A stretch of 64,000 nucleotides of DNA from contig JAKMXF010000332.1 in assembly GCA_024704765.1 (NCBI GenBank), positions 1,219,897 to 1,283,896 of the forward strand, in the 5' to 3' direction. Every line of letters starts with the position of its first letter. The first letter of the stretch is position 1. The notes beneath the pieces were generated by a model. It was not told the origin of the DNA and did not search any database. It saw only the letters and a list, made by a program, of their open reading frames with translations. This document shows, piece after piece, positions 57,857-64,000 of this stretch. Made by a program: the position numbers and the translations under genes. Origin of the DNA: Oopsacas minuta (lineage: Eukaryota > Animalia > Porifera).

Positions 57857-58730
57857 CAGGGCCGTCGAGAGAGGGGGGGTAGGCGGGGTAATTATCCCGG
57901 GGCCCGAGAAATTCTGTCTGTGAAAGTATGCATGGGCTTTATTGGCTGCATTAAGTAGACAAGTAAAGGGGAAAGTAAAGACATCACTGGGCAGAGTAAT
58001 ACCTTTGTTATTTAACCCTTCCTAGAAACCCGGTCTTTGGAAAGGAGTATCCTGATGATATTTCCCAAAACGATTTGGGAGAAGAGGTGATTCATCTTAA
58101 AGCCATCCATATTGCTAATTTCGGAAATGAATCTTTGGGTCCTCTAAATCTTTTGATCACTATAAGATAATTTAAGTTATATGAAATATTTTGCAATGTA
58201 TGTGCTGCATTGAGGATGTTCTGTACATTGCCTGTTACCGTTGCTTCCGCCGAACGTTCGTTTAGTAAGTTGAAACTCATCAAGAACTTTCTGAGAAGCA
58301 CTATGAGTCAGGGAAGACTGAACGATCTCGCAATGTTGAGCATCGAGGCTGAACTTGCAAAGCGTATTGACTTTCAAGACAAAATCAATGATTTTGCTAT
58401 GAAGAAGGCACGCAAAGCTTTCTGTTAATTACACTGACCGTAAATTTTTGTATTTTTCTGTTCTTAACTACAATAACTCTTGAAGTATTAGCTTTGTAGT
58501 ATTAGTTTTTCATTTATACTACTTAACATCATAAACTCTATAGCTATTTGAAAATTCATAAAATATAAGAGTAAATAGGATTATATTGATTTACATTTAT
58601 TAATATATATATAATACGAATGCGATAGTTTGCGTTTAGTTTATTCACTTCACGATAACGGAACAAAATATCAAGGGGGCTCGCACCCTAAATTAGGACC
58701 CGGGGCCCGCTCGCGCTCTCGACAGCCCTG
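57857..58730 (+). mobile_element. Internally deleted hAT element retaining the dimerisation domain
   Basis: TIR cagggccgtcgagag / ctctcgacagccctg; TLPVTVASAERSFSKLKLIKNFLRSTMSQGRL. Confidence 0.9.
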
Positions 58731-58997
58731 AAAAAAGTGTCTTATACTAGCAGAGCTGTCCTAACTAAACTGTGCCATTATAATGTCACAAATATTAATC
58801 TAATTATTGTGTAATGAAACTAAACTGCAATTACTTCCTTAAATGGAATCTTCCAGAGAGAATAGGCATCGTAACTTATGGCAGAGTTAGGTGGTGACGT
58901 CTGTTTGTGTGCCGCTTCTTCTGATGCACATGGTTGCATCGCCCAGTCAAGAATGTTAGGAAAGGAAATACTTTCATTTGTAAGTAATCCAACACTT

Positions 58998-59787
58998 AGG
59001 GCATTAGATGATCCTCAATTATAGGATCTAGATCCTGATCCTGATCCTGGCTGAAATTATGATCCGCGTGCCCGGTTCCGATCCTAAATTCTAAAAGGAT
59101 ATACGATCCGATCACGATCCAATTTACAATCCTTTTTTCGAAATACAGTGAATTCTATTGGACATTTCGACTACTCTAAGTTATGATATGATTATCTATT
59201 TATTCATACATACAATGGCGGTAGAAAATTTCAGATGGTTTTACCATGTATAATTAAGCCATCCTATCCAGGTGTTTGAGCACTCTTCTATACGTAAATA
59301 TTGTTAATATATGGTAACAACTTTGATTCTAAATAAGCCGAACCCGGTATTCCTAACAGGTATTTGCAGGCAGATGTAGCAAGAAAAACGATAGGAATAT
59401 ATGTAGGGCCCACATTATTTACAATCTGAGAAATACATATTAGTTAAATCAACTTAAAAGTACTAAAAAGGGTTCGACTGTGCGTTACTATTCTCACCTT
59501 CCTTTGGGAAGGTGGATCATTGAGCAATTTTAATAGAAGTATGGATTGAATTGAGAGTCTCGAATTAGTAACAACTTGTGCTCGTTAGTCAGTCTTAATT
59601 AAGAATATAGCACACTATTACTTGTATCTAGATATTTGGAAGGATCGGGATCTTTTCAGAATATTATCGATCCGATCACGATCACGATCACGATCCTACT
59701 TTTTCAAATGGATCGACGATCCTCTTCCGATCTTCAAAATGGATCTAGATCTGGCTCGTACGAACTATGATCGAAAGTTCCTAATAA
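58998..59787. mobile_element. hAT-like MITE with GATCC/GATCAC subterminal repeats
   Basis: tagggcatt / aatgcccaa termini; dense gatcc arrays at 59030-59120 and 59640-59750. Confidence 0.5.
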
Positions 59788-60362
59788 TGCCCAACCAACC
59801 CTTCTCCTGGTTCTTAAAGAGATAGCGATGCTAGGATGCCAGATAGCTCAACTGGAATGTACCCAAACTTATAGAATTTCTTAAATAATTTGGAATTAGT
59901 TTTAGAAAAATGTTCGATCGATTTGTTGTTTTGCATAATTTCTTCAAAACAAATACAATCAGAATCATTCATGGGACCTAAATTGTGTTCATCATAGTCG
60001 CAAGTGGTCATTTTGGGTGTGCCCACCCTGATTCAGCTCCGCCATAATACAAAATCTCAAATCACAGGCTATGCCGTCCAGTGGAGTAGGCAGGTCTTTG
60101 TTTACGGTGGTGTGCACGTGGTGCGAGTAGTGGTGAATTGTATTGCGCTATTAATTAGTAAGTAATTAAGTAATTAAGTCATTAATGGTCAGGGAACTCT
60201 AGAAGGTGATTAATTATACCAAATATTGTCTCAAATCTAAACAGTACTGTCGGAAATCATTCAGAGATCAAAATAACTACATTAATCTAAGTTCAGATGG
60301 TGCGCACCATCCTGGATACGTTTCTGTGCCGACGTAATTTCAATAAATTAATTACAAATAAC

Positions 60363-60527
60363 TTATAGATAGCTCAACTATACTATAGTACAGTTTTTGT
60401 GTATTAGCTTTTCTATGTTCGAGGAAAGGTCATTTGTTAGGCCTAATGAAAGTCACCTTTTTGGATAGAGGGTATGGGATTTTGTACTACAAAAAACTGT
60501 ACTATACTATAGTTGAGCTATATATAA
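60363..60527. mobile_element. Small palindromic MITE
   Basis: atagctcaactatactatagtacagttttt / aaaaactgtactatactatagttgagctat; a half copy lies at ~43050. Confidence 0.7.
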
Positions 60528-60907
60528 GGAATCTGAATTAATTATAGTAAATTTCGAGTCTATAATATTACGCTAAATATTTAATTAGCAAAAACATTCG
60601 AATATTGTATGTAAATAATCGTGTTAGGTATTTGAAAGTGTCAGAATCGAATTCTAATAGAACAATTTTAAAAGATTGATAAAAAGGTATGAAAATATGA
60701 TTAATCAGAAGATAATTAAGTGCATATACACTAAAAGAATTTAATAACCAATAGAATTACAGTCTACATTCAATATAAATACATAACAGTGAAAATAATT
60801 ACAAACACTCCAGCGAACCAATTTTATGAATTTATGCCTAATTGCAAAAACCCTACAATCTGATTGGGATAAAAAGAAAGGGTGTGAAAATCTACTACAA
60901 GTATAAA

Positions 60908-61149
60908 TCGTATTGCCTCGAATAATAGCTCCCCCTCGAATTATCGTCCCCCCCGGGGATCCTAAAATAATAACTGCTTAAAGTGAACCGTTATTTCCCT
61001 CTGTATTTTGATCAATCTATTGTTTGTAATAAATACACATAATGCAAGCACATAGGTATGATCAAATCGAAATTATCACGTCACAAAAATCGAAACTCAA
61101 GGAGGCCTGAAATTAATAATCGCCCCGGCTACTTTTCGAAGGAATACGG
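60908..61149. mobile_element. pogo/Tigger-like MITE
   Basis: cgtattgcctcgaataatagc / gctacttttcgaaggaatacgg|TA. Confidence 0.65.
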
Positions 61150-62063
61150 TATGCCAAATTCGGTGTCTTAATCTGTGAACAGGCGAGCGAACACATATAC
61201 TAAGTCAACCATTTAAGTGCTGAGCCACTATACTATATAGTCGGCACAGTAAAATTATCATATATCCGTATGTTGTTAATAGTGAATATATAGCAGCATA
61301 TGTTGATACGAATAAAACCCTTGTGAATAAAGCTAAAATTGCATTTTTTCCCTTGCCAGAATAGCGCTTCAAATACGCCATCCAACAACCTGGGGTAGCA
61401 GAAAGCTCCCTTCAAAAGGGCAGGTCAAGATAGACACTATTTCGAAGGTAAAATTCCTCTCTCTATTACAAAAGTGTATTAAAAATGCACAAATATCTTG
61501 GTACGCCATGCTAGTAACTAACTCGATAAAAATTCCTTCACTTCTCACAATATCGCGTGAATGTTTTGTGACAAATCCGAAATCCCATTTTGGGTCAATT
61601 CCTTTTCAAGTTATGGCCAAATTCCGCGTCTCCGATTCTCCAACAGAATTATGAACTTTAAATAATTCCATTGAAATGTATGGGAAAGTGCGAAAATTCA
61701 TATATTTAACTTAGCGAGAAATATAAATATCTCTCAAATTCCTCACTGATAGTACCGGGGTAACTCCTAGGTGACATGCAAATTAGGCTCAGATCCGTTG
61801 AGAAATCTCTGAGGTGTGAGGACACACAAACACACATTACTGTATATAAAGGGATACATCAATGCGGCTTAAAAAATCCTAGGGAGAACCTGATTCAAAA
61901 TGGTCGGCCACTGGATAGTAAAATTACTAATTTCAAGATTCATCATTCAAGGTATTGATCGAATCCACAAGATAAGATCGAATATACAGAAGGCCATAGG
62001 CTAAGTATAGACTAACGTTACAAGCTTACACTTAAAGGATAGTAAATTCATTGGCAATTGTAG

Positions 62064-63200
62064 TTACTCATCAGAGTAATCTTCATAGTCAGGATTTTCA
62101 AGAGGTTCAAGATAATCATAATAGTCATATGAATCTTCATTTTTAAGCCTTTGTTCCTCGAATATTTTCAGATCTTCCTGAGAATAATGATCAAATTGGT
62201 CCAATGTTTGCCAACCCTCATTACTATTAAACCTCTCATTAGAAGAGGTATAGCTTAAAAATTCATCAAGCGATACTAGCTCATCATGATTCAAATCAAT
62301 CTCAGGCATAAGATGTTCACGCATTAATGCCAACTCTTCCCTCGCTTCATAATTTAACTCATGTGAGCCATAAATTTTCCTGACCTCTGGGATGAAGAAA
62401 GCTTCTATCTCAAGAATATCCAAATAATTATCGCTATTCTTGTCGTGTAGCCGGAAAAATGCAATGGGAGTGAATGTACCTTTGTCAAATCCATCGCTCT
62501 CTGTCCAAACTGATTCCAGATGCTCTCTACTACCCGGATGGTTCAGCTTAGCGATTTCTTTCTTCTCATTTTCCTCTAACAATTTGTTTTCTTCCTTCAA
62601 ACGTTCTGTTTCCGCCAACAATCGCAATTTATCTTTCTGGCTTAATTTTTGTTGCTTTTCAACGCGAAAGTATTTTCTACGTCTCTCAGCATCGAAGTCT
62701 TTCAGCTGATCTTTTAACTCATCTTCCTTCTTCTTCTTCTTCTCAAGCTTTTGCACAGCTTCACCAAAATGTTCCAATCCATCCAATCTGAAGTCTTTCT
62801 CATTTTGCATCTGCTCTAACATAACGAGCCTTCGGTCAACTCTCTGAGATTCTATCAATTGTCTCTTTACTTCATCCAGTTTGCTTCTCAGACCGTTGGT
62901 CTTCTGATCATTTTTAGCCAAATCTTCCCTATCCTTTAAGTTCAATTCAGAGAAGGGCTTGAGCTCTTTTACGTATCTGTTGTACTCGCTAGCTAGATTG
63001 AGTTTGTTAATACCAGGAAGATGCTCTATTGCTGGAACTAGTTTCTGAATCGGAACTGTATCGGGTTCTAACTTCAATTCATCTATATTCTTATCAACAA
63101 CGGATGTATTGCCTGTTTCTCCCCGCATTGGAGCTGAGTAGCAGTACGAGACAATACTTAGTATAACTAGAAACTTTAGCATAAATCTTGGGGTAAACAT
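62064..63200 (-). CDS. NUCB: Nucleobindin (NUCB1/NUCB2-like) secreted EF-hand protein
   Basis: 378-aa ORF: signal peptide, EYNRYVKE, RSKLDEVKRQ, NHPGSREHLESVW, EF hands DKNSDNYLDILE and DLNHDELVSLDE, acidic tail. Family symbol only. Confidence 0.92.
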   Translation of the reverse strand: MFTPRFMLKFLVILSIVSYCYSAPMRGETGNTSVVDKNIDELKLEPDTVPIQKLVPAIEHLPGINKLNLASEYNRYVKELKPFSELNLKDREDLAKNDQKTNGLRSKLDEVKRQLIESQRVDRRLVMLEQMQNEKDFRLDGLEHFGEAVQKLEKKKKKEDELKDQLKDFDAERRRKYFRVEKQQKLSQKDKLRLLAETERLKEENKLLEENEKKEIAKLNHPGSREHLESVWTESDGFDKGTFTPIAFFRLHDKNSDNYLDILEIEAFFIPEVRKIYGSHELNYEAREELALMREHLMPEIDLNHDELVSLDEFLSYTSSNERFNSNEGWQTLDQFDHYSQEDLKIFEEQRLKNEDSYDYYDYLEPLENPDYEDYSDE

Positions 63201-63405
63201 GCTGATCTACAAACAAAAAGACTCAGTTATACAGAAGTGCTCGAATAATTCACCAGTTAATTTAAATTTCTAAGCGAAATCTTCACTCATCTCTGAGAAA
63301 AGTGACTAAATGTTCTATCCATGATAAATGTATTGGGAAATATTGACACTAGATTGAGGAATTGGTAAGAGCTAAAAACGTGAAATTTGGCAGGTATAAG
63401 GAATG

Positions 63406-64000
63406 CAGGGTGACCAGATCTCCCATGCCAAAAAGAAGGACATTTTTCAATGTCAAACCATTTGTGTTCGATTATTTTATTGTATGTTTATCAAGAGATA
63501 CAAATTAACTAACACTGAAATACATAATTAAGGTAATATAATCCAAATTTCGTGATACATGTTTGTGATACTAAAAAATAAATTTAGTTTGTGTATTTGG
63601 CATTGGAACAGATTTTCTTCAATGCAACTTCGTTATTGGTTAATTTTTGATGCATTTCCCTGCAACTCATTTCAAAATTCACTATTACTTTAAGTAGTGC
63701 ACCAACAGTGGAAATGTCTAGTTTGTTTCTGTTGTCGCTCCATTGTACCTTTGATAAACTGAACACTCTTTCACACACCGCGTTAGATGCAGGGATAGCA
63801 AAAATAGAAGATACTAATTTTCTTATGCAGGGAAAATTTTCTTGTGTAATGATACCCCAACGCTGGTCCAGGCTTAAATCCGAGGTCATTGACAAACTTG
63901 GAAAGTTTCGTTGAAGACAGCATACTTCCTCAAACAAGTCATCAATCTGAGCAATTTCTGGGCATAATAATTCAGCACATCCCTTCAATATTTTATAGTC
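63406..64000 (-). mobile_element. 3' end of a hAT element running off the window
   Basis: TIR cagggtgaccag at 63406; ORF 63584-63988 with FAIPASNAVCERVFSL...WSDNRNKL. Confidence 0.88.

Noticed and set aside
59622-59825. ORF with an RSRSRSRS tract as an SR-like protein
   Set aside because: The tract is the translation of gatcac/gatcc subterminal repeats of a MITE.
61500-61860. Possible Helentron/DINE-like element
   Set aside because: The 3' end is suggestive (cacacaaacacacattactgtatataaag) but no subterminal inverted repeats or second copy could be confirmed.
1-64000. tRNA, rRNA or other structured RNA genes
   Set aside because: No cloverleaf, A/B-box or rRNA-like segment recognised; the hairpins seen are explained by transposon termini.

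Overview
AT-rich animal genomic DNA in which four apparently single-exon housekeeping ORFs (ANAPC2-like, GALNT, EXOSC1/CSL4, nucleobindin; all on the minus strand) sit as islands in a dense, nested field of DNA transposons. Families present: Tc1 (DD37E), mariner (DD34D), maT-like, many hAT remnants and MITEs, classical MULEs, three NOF-like (Mutator/Foldback) copies, a Chapaev element with a RAG1-like zinc motif, non-autonomous Helitrons and large palindromic repeats. A decayed coiled-coil+NHL gene resembles a family I recall being expanded in the glass sponge Oopsacas minuta, so a hexactinellid source is an unverified inference. The most unusual signal is the cargo of the Mutator-superfamily elements, all read by hand from frameshifted pseudogenes: a MULE transposase ending in a RING-HC finger; a NOF-like transposase ending in an OTU protease domain, visible only after removing two nested insertions; and a second NOF-like element whose coding region begins with a 2A/StopGo-like peptide (GDVEVNPGP). 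Family assignments come from motif recognition, not database searches.
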